A stretch of 64,000 nt of DNA, from positions 34,522,388-34,586,387 of the forward strand of contig NC_092670.1 of the NCBI RefSeq assembly GCF_964355755.1, written 5' to 3'. Shown piece after piece: positions 1-11,588 of this stretch (position 1 is the stretch's first letter; every line of letters begins with the position of its first letter). Origin of the DNA: Antedon mediterranea (lineage: Eukaryota > Animalia > Echinodermata). Position numbers and translations under genes: made by a program. The notes under the pieces are model-generated. The model saw nothing but the letters and a program-made list of their open reading frames with translations, was not told the origin of the DNA and did not search any database.

Positions 1-113
1 TTTATCATCATTTACCTTTTATATGTTGTTGTTTATATTTGTATGGACGCACCACCGAAAGGTGTGTGCCACTGATTCGAAAGTGAGTACCAATAAATAC
101 TGAAATAGTATAA

Positions 114-249
114 AATCCTGTCTACACTATAAACTTTATTTATAAAAAAAATGTGATGTGCCCATATATGGACATGATGATGTCATATCACTACTATATT
201 TGGGCAAATCACACTTTTTTTCTCATAGTTTGATAGTGTAGACAGAGAT
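114..249. mobile_element. PIF/Harbinger-type MITE family A (TIR AGCTCTGTCTACACTATCAAACT), copy 1
   Basis: TIR plus shared core GTGATGTGCCCATATATGGACATGATGATGTCATATCACTAC, flanked by TAA. Confidence 0.8.
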
Positions 250-1607
250 TAAGTTTCTGAAAAGGAAGGAGAAAGAGGAGAGAGAAAGGAAAACTCTAAT
301 ATACACAATAACTATAAATCACACATTAGACAGCTTAATGTCAACACTATTCAATACTAACAAGCAAAATGGAGTGTAAAACGGTAGTATATTTTTAGTA
401 AAATGTTCTACGTATGTTTTCGAAATTACATTAAAAATAAAAAATCTATCTATTAAAATCTTCATTTATTAATTAACATTTTACAGCTATGGAGGGGGGG
501 GGGGGGGGCAATGCATCTTAGCACTCAAACACCCACTCGACATATTTTATAATACAAAATTAAAATCTATTTAACAACTGCTAACAAATTTCAATAAATA
601 AATTACTTAATATAAATAATACCAAAATTACAAAACAAAATATAGTACACACTAATTCGGTATTACATTATGGTTCAAAGACGAATAGATTAACCTTGAT
701 AGTGTTAAATTCACCTTGGCACCAAACTAAATAACATATGACACATTGAGGAAATCGTAAAGCTTTCTGTATTGACCAATTGAAGAAGCTCTGACATTGG
801 AAAGCACGCCTTTACAGCAATCTGAACCACACAGCAGCGCACATCTGCTATTGTATTTAATGCTCCTAGGCACGTACTACAAAACAAGAAACCAATCAAA
901 TACAAAGATAGATGCATGCTTTCTGGTTGAGTAAGAGGTGTTGGTAAACTGCTAGCTGGGATTTCTTATAAATTTATATTCATATTTGTAAATAACTAGC
1001 TGGTTATAAATTTTTACAAGTAATCTTTTGTTTAAAAAGCAGCTTATGCATGCACTCTTGAACATTTCTACATCTTCACAGTTAATAACAGATTATTTTC
1101 ATTTTTTTAAATCCATTGGAAGATTTCTCATGAGCTGAAAAAAGAGTAAGTGAATTTTCTATTAATTATAATTGTTTAATTATTAATTTGACACACATTT
1201 TATGATAGGAAAAAACTTATGTTTTTGATGAAAAACTTTGGTTGAATCCTATTTAAACACAATGAGGACTGAAAACATGTAAATTTGTAAAAGATAACAT
1301 TTCTTTTTCTCTTATTAGTAAATTTGTGTTCATTTGGTTTTAAGATATTCAATTAATTATTTATTTACAAAATACATTCTTCTTGAAATATCAAAAAATT
1401 ATAATAATTAATATTTTTTTAAACTGTTGTTTTTAAATTAACAAAATTATAATATTAATAACATGGCATTTCTTAATTTTTTAGCCCTAGACATAGTGAA
1501 ATTTCCTAGACAGAACTTGAACTTGTTGAAAAGTAACTCAATCCCAAGTGTCAGGAAATCTTGGGAAATATTTCCCTAACAAAATCTAAGACTATTTCCA
1601 GGGCAAT

Positions 1608-2654
1608 ATGGATTCACTACAGAAAGTCGCCGTCTCATTCCACGTTGGAGGAATCGTAATGATTGGAGTTGTCGGAACAATTGCAAACTTGCTAACGATT
1701 ATTGCGATTTGTAAATACAAACACCTCAGAATACCGGGCAACTTTTTCTTGTTAAATCTTGCACTTGCTGATCTGATTGTTTGTACCGTTACAAATCCAT
1801 TCACCGTGGTTTCACTCGTCAATCGTGATTGGCCACTATCAAATAGTCTTTGTTTTTTTCTCGGTGCTGCACTCACGCTAAGTTGTTCAGCGTCAACAAC
1901 AAACCTCGTTTCTATAGCGATCAATCGTTATATGAGCATATTATGGCCGCAGAAATCTCAGGATATTTTCACAGTTAAGAGAACATTATTATTTTGTCTG
2001 ACTGGATGGTTGGTGTCTTTTATAACAATTATACCGCCGTTTTTTGGATTTGGAAAGTTTGGATATAACGATGTTATTTTGGCGTGCAACATATCAAATG
2101 ATGGGAACTGGCTGTACACATTAGTAGTCCTTGGAACGTATTTTAATATTTCAACTATTATAATAATCTTCTGCTACACAAAGATATTCATGTTTATCCG
2201 GCGGAGTCGTGTCCGTACGCAAAGCGACCTCGGGAGAAGTATTCAAGCAGCGCAAAGGAGAGTAAGCAGAGAAATACGAGTTGCGAAGAATTTACTTGTT
2301 GTCTACGTTGCATATTCAATATGTTGGGGTCCAATATTGCTTTTGACAGCAGTTGATATCAACCAATCAGCACCACCGTCTATCTGGCGCTTTGCATCGT
2401 TTCTTGCAGTATTAAACTCAAGCGTGAACCCTTTTATTTACGCATGGAAAAACAATAAATTTCGCAATGCTTATAAAGATCTTTTGCGCTGTGGTACCAA
2501 ACCATCAAAGCCATTGGACTCTTCCACTTTCCGTGAACATTCAAATTCGGGAAATTTGACATTAGGAAAAACATCCAGCACTTTACAAAGTAGTAAGAAC
2601 AGTCCGAAAACAAGTCCGTCAGGATCATCAACTCTGCCTAGGAATGTACCCTAA
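1608..2654 (+). CDS. Class A (rhodopsin-family) GPCR, melatonin-receptor-like, 348 aa, intronless CDS
   Basis: Seven hydrophobic segments. TM2 NLALADL, TM3 IAINRY (NRY in place of DRY, as in melatonin-receptor-type GPCRs), TM6 ICWGP, TM7 NSSVNPFIY, helix 8 FRNAY, Ser/Thr-rich tail. Probable 5' UTR intron 1146-1484 (GTAAGT...TTTTTTAG). Confidence 0.93.
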   Translation: MDSLQKVAVSFHVGGIVMIGVVGTIANLLTIIAICKYKHLRIPGNFFLLNLALADLIVCTVTNPFTVVSLVNRDWPLSNSLCFFLGAALTLSCSASTTNLVSIAINRYMSILWPQKSQDIFTVKRTLLFCLTGWLVSFITIIPPFFGFGKFGYNDVILACNISNDGNWLYTLVVLGTYFNISTIIIIFCYTKIFMFIRRSRVRTQSDLGRSIQAAQRRVSREIRVAKNLLVVYVAYSICWGPILLLTAVDINQSAPPSIWRFASFLAVLNSSVNPFIYAWKNNKFRNAYKDLLRCGTKPSKPLDSSTFREHSNSGNLTLGKTSSTLQSSKNSPKTSPSGSSTLPRNVP

Positions 2655-5600
2655 ATTGACTGTCACAAGACTTTTTCATATTTATTTCTTTGGATGCAAC
2701 AACATAAATGCGCTAATTCCTAGACAGAGGTCAAATCAATAAAAACAATGTGAATGTTATTAATTTACCGAAAAACAGTATAAATGTTTAATGACTTTAA
2801 TAAAGAGGCTAGAATGACAACTCACTAAAAGTAGTTAGTGAACTTTATAGGAAATGAACTCATTTGGCTGGCAACTACATGTATTTATTAAATGTAGTTG
2901 TTTATTGGACTAAATATATTATTTCAAAAATAAGTGTGCTTAACTACAGTATTTTGAATGTAAATGTGTTTTTTTATTTGGTGTTTATCTTAATTCTGAT
3001 TGTTTACAGACTCATTTATTCCATGTTGTTAATTTTCCTGCTCCAACTAACTAGATGGCGCTAGAACATTTTGTTTAAACAATATCATATCCATACAATA
3101 AAAATATGTGTATTGTGAACTTTGCTTTGGGGCTGGATCCCAGGGAAGCATGTAACATGGGATCGGATTTATCAAACTTGCTTTGCTTTAAATCCCTAAA
3201 TTTGCTTACCTAAGTCAGATTTATTATTATTTCTAGGCAAAAAACATTTGTGAGCACGCTAGAATAAACATTGAACATTCTAGTGTGTTTCCGCAGTATA
3301 ATGGAAGCTAATAATTCTATTGATCTTCTCAGTTAGATGGCCTAAAATTGAAACAAGCAAAACGATTATTGGTTGCCAAGGGTCACTGTCATACATAAAT
3401 TTTTATTTGAGTTTAGAGCGAAAGATTTTTGTATGTATTTCCGACTTTTGTGCACGCTCTTCTCCATTTCAAGTAATAAAAGTATAGCAACCAAAATGCA
3501 CCCTCTTTTGTGACATGTGGAAGAAATGTTATAGCGCCGCCATCACTAAGAGAAAAAAGTGAATGCACACGCGTTTCGTCTGAAGAAAAATGATCTGCCC
3601 CCTAGTGTTTGATTGTACACAAGTGCCAAGTGATCTACAATGTTTGTGCCGAGAAAGATGGTTTGATTAGATATATTACATCTAAAAACGTATGGAATTG
3701 GACTTGTTATTTGCTTAAGCATGTTGAACCTGGGATAGATTAAATCCATTGGGCTGAGAGTGAAGAATTATGGGATTGATAAAAGTAGTTATTTATTATT
3801 TTATAATTGTTTATATCATTTAGAATTGTACTGTAAGATTTTGTTGAATTAAATTTAATATTTAATAAAATTGTCAGGAAATGAAGAACTTTTTTTTGCA
3901 CAATTTTCATTTAAGTTTGACTGTGGCTTTTCAATTGCGAACAACCTGATTGACAAGATTGAAATACGGGTAAATGCGGATGAGTTTTAAGTGAAATGTG
4001 AAAAAAGTGCCAACTTGAAAAAATTAAGCATAAGGAGATAAAAGTTTGGCTAAACAATAGAGGTGATATAAATTTCATCATACACACAAACATAGAGGGC
4101 GACACATCACTTTTTTTTTTTTTTTTATTTATTCACTGTTTCTGCCATATACATAACAAAGAAGACAAAACAATTATAAAAGGAGGCACGGAAAGACCAA
4201 ACAGGTGCTAAACACCTATGCTACTTGACAAGACAAAAGTGAAACAGGATGAGACAGTGAAACTGATACACAGGGGACCTTAACAAATTACTGTATTGCC
4301 AAAACAGAGGGCAATATAATTTTTATAAAACACCCAAACATAGAGGGTGCTCAAATACATGAAATAAGTGAAAAGAAAGACTGATATGAAAAAATGACTT
4401 CATAAAAGTGCTATAAATCCAAACATAGAGGCAGAAGTATTTAACAAATTTTGGGAAAAGCACCTATTGTAAATAATAAGTATGGAAGGTGGTTTCAAAG
4501 TGTGGCTAATGCTAAACGCATTGTGGGAAATGAGCCACCAATGCATTTGTACCTTTTGGTGGAAAAAGCAGGTTTTATTTTCAAAAAAATGAGAGAAATT
4601 TCAACTTTAAGCTGGAAAATACTGAAACTTAAAATATCAGGAATCTCTTATCAAGCTACTTATGAAGCCTATATTTTCTTGTATTCCTTTGTTTCAGTTC
4701 TTTTATAAAGATTGTTAACAATTTCAAATTATAATTCTCATTTATATTTTATCCATTTTCGTTTTACTACCAATAAATGTATGTCAATAATTTTTTAAAT
4801 GGACACCATTGTGTCCACATTAGGTCATGTTAATTTTGATTCATAAATTATAAAAATAAAAAACTAATCTGTGTTCAATTGTTAAAACATATGTTTAATG
4901 GTTTATGAGATGGTTAATGGAAGCTGGACCACAGGTAGCATCAAAGCCTTTTGAGACTGACCAATACATTACTGACCAGTATGTTACTGACCAGTATGTT
5001 ACTGACCAGTATGTAGTAATATAACAATACCTTTTTTTCATAAACTTTTGTTAATAATATTAATATTAATATCCACTTTAAAATGTCAATATTTCATTTA
5101 CAACCAATGTTGTTATGGTACAGGATCTTTCCACATGAACAATGTGAAAAGCAACACAAAAAGTAAATGAAAGCACTCAGAAACTGAGTCAAGTACTTGG
5201 CAACATATTGCCACAGACGGGGTATGTTGATTTTTGACCTATGTTTAAAAAAAAAATACAGTATAATTTTCTTTTTTTATATTTTTCTATTTTATATTTC
5301 ATTCATATTTTATTTGTAAATAGGCATATATACCAAAATTTACAAATAAAATATGAATAAAATATTCAGAATAACTTAAAAATTGTAAACGCTATTGTTT
5401 TAAACTCTGTTTTGCCAAGTAATCAAAATGTACCAATATAGCAGTTACTTTACTCAAATATTTGAATTTTTCCCTGTAGCAAATATGGAAAATCCTCCCT
5501 GACAGGGCTAAGCTTCCCTGGCACCACCCTTGCTAGTAACATGGAGTAAAGACATCAGTCAACTTTACATAAGTGCGGAGCTAATTTAAATTTATTGTAT

Positions 5601-5917
5601 TAATTTGCATCATCAGTTTGAAACTATCTTAATAAACTTTGAGTTAGATATACCAGCTAGTTTATTTATTCTATAAAGTTCTTATAAGTTGCTATTATTG
5701 TGCTTTCAAAATTGTAGAGGGCGCTGTATTAAAGAATTCTTGTTAAAGTACTGAATTTGATGAAACTTCATGATTAATTCTATTAAATTGGAATAAACAA
5801 GTATTATACTAATAATATAAAATAGTAGACGCAGAATGACCAGATGTATAGTGTACCTATTATAGGATAACTACATATAAGATAACAATGAATTTCCTTT
5901 TTGAGGATCAATAAAAG

Positions 5918-6527
5918 TTATCTTATCTTATCTTATCTTATAACTTGAAGTTGGATAAGTGAATGTAGAATATCTGGATGTAAGATAACTGGATGTTGAA
6001 TAACTAGATGCAAAATAACTAGAAGTTGGATAACTGGATGTAAATAGTAGAATAACGAGATGGTGAATATTAACTGGATGTATAATACGTAGAAGTACAA
6101 TAACTAGATGTAGTATAACTGGATGTAGGAAAAGTAGAATAACTGGATGTAGGATAACTGAATGTTGGATAATTGGCTAAAGATAACTGAATGTAGAATA
6201 AGTAGAACAACTGGATGTAGGATAACTGGATGTTGGATAACTGGATGTAGGATAACTGAATGTAGGATAAGTAGAACAACTGGATGTAGGATAACTGGAT
6301 GTTGGATAACTGGATGTAGGATAACTGAATGTAGAATAAGTAGAACAACTGGATGTAGGATAACTGAATGTTGGATAATTGGCTGTAGGATAACTGAATG
6401 TAGGATAAGTAGAATAACTGGATGTAGAATAACTGTATGTAGGATAACTGGATGTAGGATAACTGAATGTAGGATAAGTAGAATAAGTGGATGTTGGATA
6501 ACTGAATGTTGGATAACTGGCTGTAGG
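5918..6527. repeat. Minisatellite: 15-bp unit (TAACTGGATGTAGGA) organised in a 69-bp higher-order repeat
   Basis: The marker AGTAGAA recurs at 6201, 6270, 6339, 6408 and 6477 (4x15+9). The array is preceded by (TTATC)n. Confidence 0.92.
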
Positions 6528-9100
6528 TGAATAAATGTGTGAGGGAACATATAGTTTGTAATGTTTTCATTAAAAAAAATAGTAAGTAAACTAATAATAA
6601 GTTGAATATGAAACAAAAATCGTATTTGCAAACAAGAATTAAAAACAAAATTTTTGTTTTATTTTAAACAATAACTGCTTGTAAATTGAGGAAATAAGCA
6701 CAACTATACATTGAAGCGACCTTCAAAAATAAGCCAGTATTTTCAAAGAAGATCATTTTAAATTTTCTGGTAATTGAGAACATAGTTAATTAATCAATTT
6801 TTTTTTCAATTAAGCAAAACTATACATTGAAGCGACCTTCTAAATTAACGTGTTAACCTCTTTCAAAAATATGGGCCTAACAACAAATACGAATTATACT
6901 TACTCGATGAGGGTGAGTGTTTAATCATTTACGGCAATTCAAAATGGACCTGCAGCGGGCATACGCCCTAGGTGGGCCTAACTTAATCATGTCAGTACTG
7001 TACAGCGGTGGTGAACATGCATAATTTCCATAATCGCGTAATTAGTAATTTTTAACTGCCCGTTATCTCAAGATAATTTGTGAACCCCCACGGTGTGAAC
7101 TTGAATCCCATGCACTATATATTTGATTACAATAGCAGACATCTTTAACATGCGATTTCACTGCCTATTAGATTACGCTCAATGGTACTGGTTTGTGGTT
7201 GTACTTCAGATGAGATACATCAACACTTCTGATATAACTTCAAGGTTGCCTAGACAACAATAACTTTTTAAAAAACAAAGGATGTGTTTTACAGTTTTAC
7301 TGCTATAACATATTAATTAAACAAGTTTAGTGTTCAGCTAAATCGAAATAATCTAACAATATCAATAGTGTATGGAACGGAAATGAATGGTTTCGTTGTT
7401 AATCCAGGGTATACTATTATTACTGGAAAAGGACATTTTAGCAGTAAATAAGCCAGTATTTTCATAGCAGATCATTTTAAATTTTCTGGTAATTGAGAAC
7501 ATAGTTCATTAGTCGATTTTTAATTTTTTTTTTTTTTTTTATATTCATATTTCATATTTTAGTTTAATTTATGCATTCAATGTGTAAAAAAGAATTAAAT
7601 TAATATTCTAGTTGTCCAATGTTGAAATTTTCTGGCCATAATAGAGTCTGAATATGCAATTTTCATTAGTACTATTATTAAAAGACAGAGATAGAATAAA
7701 TAACGAGATGGTAGACATGTTTAGAGTTTGACATTTTGATCTACACTTTTAAACATTTTCATGATTTATGAAAAGCTTAATGATCTTTATTTTTAATTAT
7801 TTACAAGAGCGTCACCGATCAAATGTGGATAAAAATTGCAATGTCGTTATTTGGAATTTATATCTTTGTTTTAGTTCACCTAGTGTGGATCTTCTGATAA
7901 GACAAAGATTGATACTATAATATACTATTGATGGGCAATATGTTTTAAGACTATGGGCAACTACAACAAAAATAAAAAACAACCTTATTAAATGAAAGAA
8001 ACGTATGACTTGACATAAACCTAGAACTTGATTAAAGCTGTGTACATTGTGAAAAAAAAAAACATCGAAAAAAATCAAAAACAAACATCTAAACAAATTA
8101 TGGTATGCAATCATATGTAACTAAAATTAATATAATAATATATAATATTTTGTTTTATGACCTTTTACACTTTCAAGCATATAAGGGCAATAACCTGCAA
8201 ACAGGCCAAAAATGAAGGTTAAAATTATACTAACTTCATCTTTTGAACTATAATTACCAGATAGTAAATGAAAAATGAAAAAAATTGTAAATTGAAATAT
8301 TGTACCTTCTCTTTTTAAATAAAAAAGAATTAGAAAATTGGTCATCAAAATATTGAATAATGTTCCACTGAGCCACAGAAGGACTCGAACCAAGATTTCT
8401 AAACCATTATACATTAACCACCAAGCTACAGTGCATATATACATTGTATCAAAAACACAAAGGTTGCGAATTGTAATTCTAATAATAATAAAATGCAAAT
8501 TTAAAGCAAAATAAAGGACAATGAGATTGAAGGAATTTCCATCAATTTTTTTGTTTCAATTACTGCAAAACTTTTTTCATTAATTCATCTTTCAATTTGC
8601 AAACAAAAAATCTGATCCTATAACCTTAATAAAAGAGGTTATTCGATGTCAAGAATATAAAAATTTAAAAAACAGGCACTTTTTTTATTTTGACCTTTCG
8701 ACCTTTTGAACGTCTAAAAAGTACCTGGTGTTCTTTGTTAAGATGCACAGTACTTGTATGTACCATCATTGCTGTATAAGTATACAGTAATCCACTGATT
8801 ATCATTCCTTAACAAAGAGTTAATGATCAGTAATAAACCCACTAACAGACTATAAACCGTGTCATAAAACTATGATATGAAAATATTGTCTCAGAGTAAA
8901 AGGTTGTTGCTTTTTAATTTTGTTCTTATTACTACCGTTTTATTATTTCACACAAATCAGCAATCAGTTGCAATTGTTTTTAATTACCATTATGGAATGT
9001 TATAATTATTGTTCAAAAATAGTTATCAAAATGCAGTTCTAAAGACAGTAAAATATACATACATTGAGGGAATAGCAGAAGGAGAGAGTGTAACAATTAA

Positions 9101-10191
9101 AGATGTATTGTCCCCCTGCAAAAATAATTCTTAATTTTGTTGTTGAATATGCCATTTTAATGTCACATAATAGAATATCCACTGTGACCAAAAATTGGAT
9201 TAAAAAAATATGTATTTACCTGAAACAAGGCCATATACATAGCTGCAGCCGCGAGCACAAATTTGAGTTAGTTTTTACCAACCGACCGACATAGTGAGTG
9301 TCATATTAAATGTTGTGATTCTCTGTGTTTAGAGAAGGATGCTTTAGACCAGGTCCGCCTTATATTATTAGCCAATCAAAATCGTATAAATTTTGGAGGG
9401 AAAATGTTATCCTCCTCTGAAGCCTAAAATTTGCATGTCCAGTATAAAAGTGGAATGTAATAGATATTAAGGAGAAGAGAGAATAAGATCAGAGTAGATA
9501 AACGGAAAGATGATAAAGAAAATATTAAGGCTTGACTGGTAGTGGTAGAAAGATGTATTAATCAAATTACAAGGAATAAAAGTTCTAGTTGAGTTAAATA
9601 TACTTTTTGTATGAGTTATCATTCAGTGACAGCAGTGTACGTCGAGTGGAAATATATATACGCCTGAGAAAGCTCGGAACCAACTAAAATAAATTCACTA
9701 CAGTGAGCTATAGAGTTGCGTTTGCATGTGACTAGATACTGTAATTTAGAGCAAAAATATTTAAAAAAGTGATTAACTTTATTAAAACTACAAAATAACA
9801 CATTCAAAGTCTGATTTAATTAATCTTCATTTCTCATGTTTTTGAGGAACAACACATTTCAAAAATATAATTATTGTTTAAAGATATATTGTCCTTTTTT
9901 AAACATTTTTTTTTTTAATATGCCATTTTAATGTAACATAATACTGTAGTTATTTACTTTGACAAAAAATTGGATCTAAACAAAAATTGCTAATTTAAAA
10001 AGGAAAAAAGGTAACTTAAAAAGAAAAATTGTCCACAGATTTTTGGTTAAAATGTAACAATTTATGTTGTCTTTTTTAGGTTGAATAATAATTTTTTGTG
10101 AAAGTGAATTAATATTATTAAAACTACAAAATGGCCTATTCAAAGTTTGATTCATTTCATCTCTTTTTGTGTTTTGAGGGACAATACATCT
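9101..10191. mobile_element. Two adjacent Kolobok-like (TTAA, AG...CT termini) MITEs: 9101-~9860 and 9882-10191
   Basis: TTAA-AGATGTATTGTCCC ... GGGACAATACATCT-TTAA termini and shared subterminal sequence. Confidence 0.75.
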
Positions 10192-10458
10192 TTAAAGGTT
10201 TACATGGAGAAGAAAGTATATTATGTGGTTCTTAAAAAGAATGTAAAGCCAATCAAACAGCCAATACATTAATGAATTTGTTTTTTCCCCTTTGACATTG
10301 GCATTATTTTTTTCACCAATTCAGTCATCATCAGTTGCGTAGCATTCACGTTTTCTTCATTGTACTTTCTGAATGATGTATGATGTAGATTTATTAATTA
10401 TAAAATTCTGTATCATTATTCCTTCCCATGGATGAATTGTACAGTATTTAAAATCTAA

Positions 10459-11128
10459 GGGTATGTTCAGACTCACGGAGTTACGGTGGAGTAATGTAAG
10501 CGGTGTACATATTTTTGTGTCTGAACCATGCCGCGGATTAGCGTTAGGGAGCTGTTACTCCGCGCCAGTGGCGTTAATAACTCTAGCGGGAGAGGGTAGA
10601 TTTCATAAGGCTAATCCAGTGATGCATCAGTGATTTTAACCTTAACCAATGAAAATACACGACCACGTTTAGCAGACAGCAACTACATACCCGTACTCTA
10701 TGATACGACAGCAAAATAGCTATGTCAAATGTATTTTAAGGTTCAGATTTTAATGAACAGTAAAGTTGGCGTCAGTGATACGATATTTTCATAAATTAAA
10801 TCAATTAATCAGATAATTGTCCATGTAACAATTACGTTTTAAATTATTTTGAATTAAAATGCAATTCTACAAGTAGTAAGAACAAATCGGTATATTTGAA
10901 GGTAAACATTATATTAATAAAAAAAACAATGTAAATGATGTAAACTTTCATGCATTGTCATGAATGTATACATATAGTTCTATCTGCTTTGACCTGATCA
11001 GAGTGTTTTAAACGCAAGGCATTGGAATGTTGGTCGTTGTGTCTGAACACCTTGGCTTTTAACGCCACGGATTACTGTACGCCTTGCGTAGATAACTCCA
11101 CCGTAACTCCGTGAGTCTGAACATACTC
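10459..11128. mobile_element. PIF/Harbinger-type non-autonomous element, 670 bp
   Basis: TIR of ~34 bp (GGGTATGTTCAGACTCACGGAGTTACGGTGGAGT / ACTCCACCGTAACTCCGTGAGTCTGAACATACTC) with TAA on both sides. Confidence 0.88.
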
Positions 11129-11588
11129 TAATAGTTAAGTACGATATATTTATTTGAAGGTAATCTTAGTTATAGGAGGACTTGATAATTTGAAATTAGA
11201 CCCTTGTGATAAAATCATAAGATGAATTTCAACAAAGATACTAATTGAGAGTTACTTACATAAATTTGAAAATGGGTAGTTACCATTGTTCAGCACAGAA
11301 CAACCAAGGTTGAGTTAAATTCAGCATGGACAGACAATTAACAAAAAAGATGACAACATTTAGCACATACTGTTGATAGTAGTTTATAGGTTCAGAAGGC
11401 CTGGTTTCAGGATCAATTGGGGAACAGTTAAATGCTTTAAACTTTAGCTACCAGGATTTGAATCACAAAAGGTACAATTTTTTCTCTTTATAGCAAGGGT
11501 TTGACATGAATTATGTTTTTTTTGTGTAGAATTTAGTAACTTAATAAGTTGTATACGGCTTTACCATGTTGAAACACCGGTTCTCATC

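Noticed and set aside
491-508. Poly-G run as a regulatory G-quadruplex
   Set aside because: A simple homopolymer with no supporting context, and its length is prone to sequencing error.
1592-1924. 110-aa antisense ORF (also 35977-36303, 33422-33664 and 39954-40190)
   Set aside because: Shadow frames overlapping real coding exons on the opposite strand.
1608-2654. Possibility that the GPCRs are opsins
   Set aside because: The TM7 position equivalent to the retinal-binding lysine is Val (LAVLNSSVNP) in the first and Leu (LALANSMINP) in the second.
6070-6648. Three long overlapping ORFs (192, 175 and 122 aa) with SYIQL / HPVIL / CRITG repeats
   Set aside because: Artefacts of a minisatellite whose unit lengths are multiples of 3. 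No domain, splice or start context supports coding.
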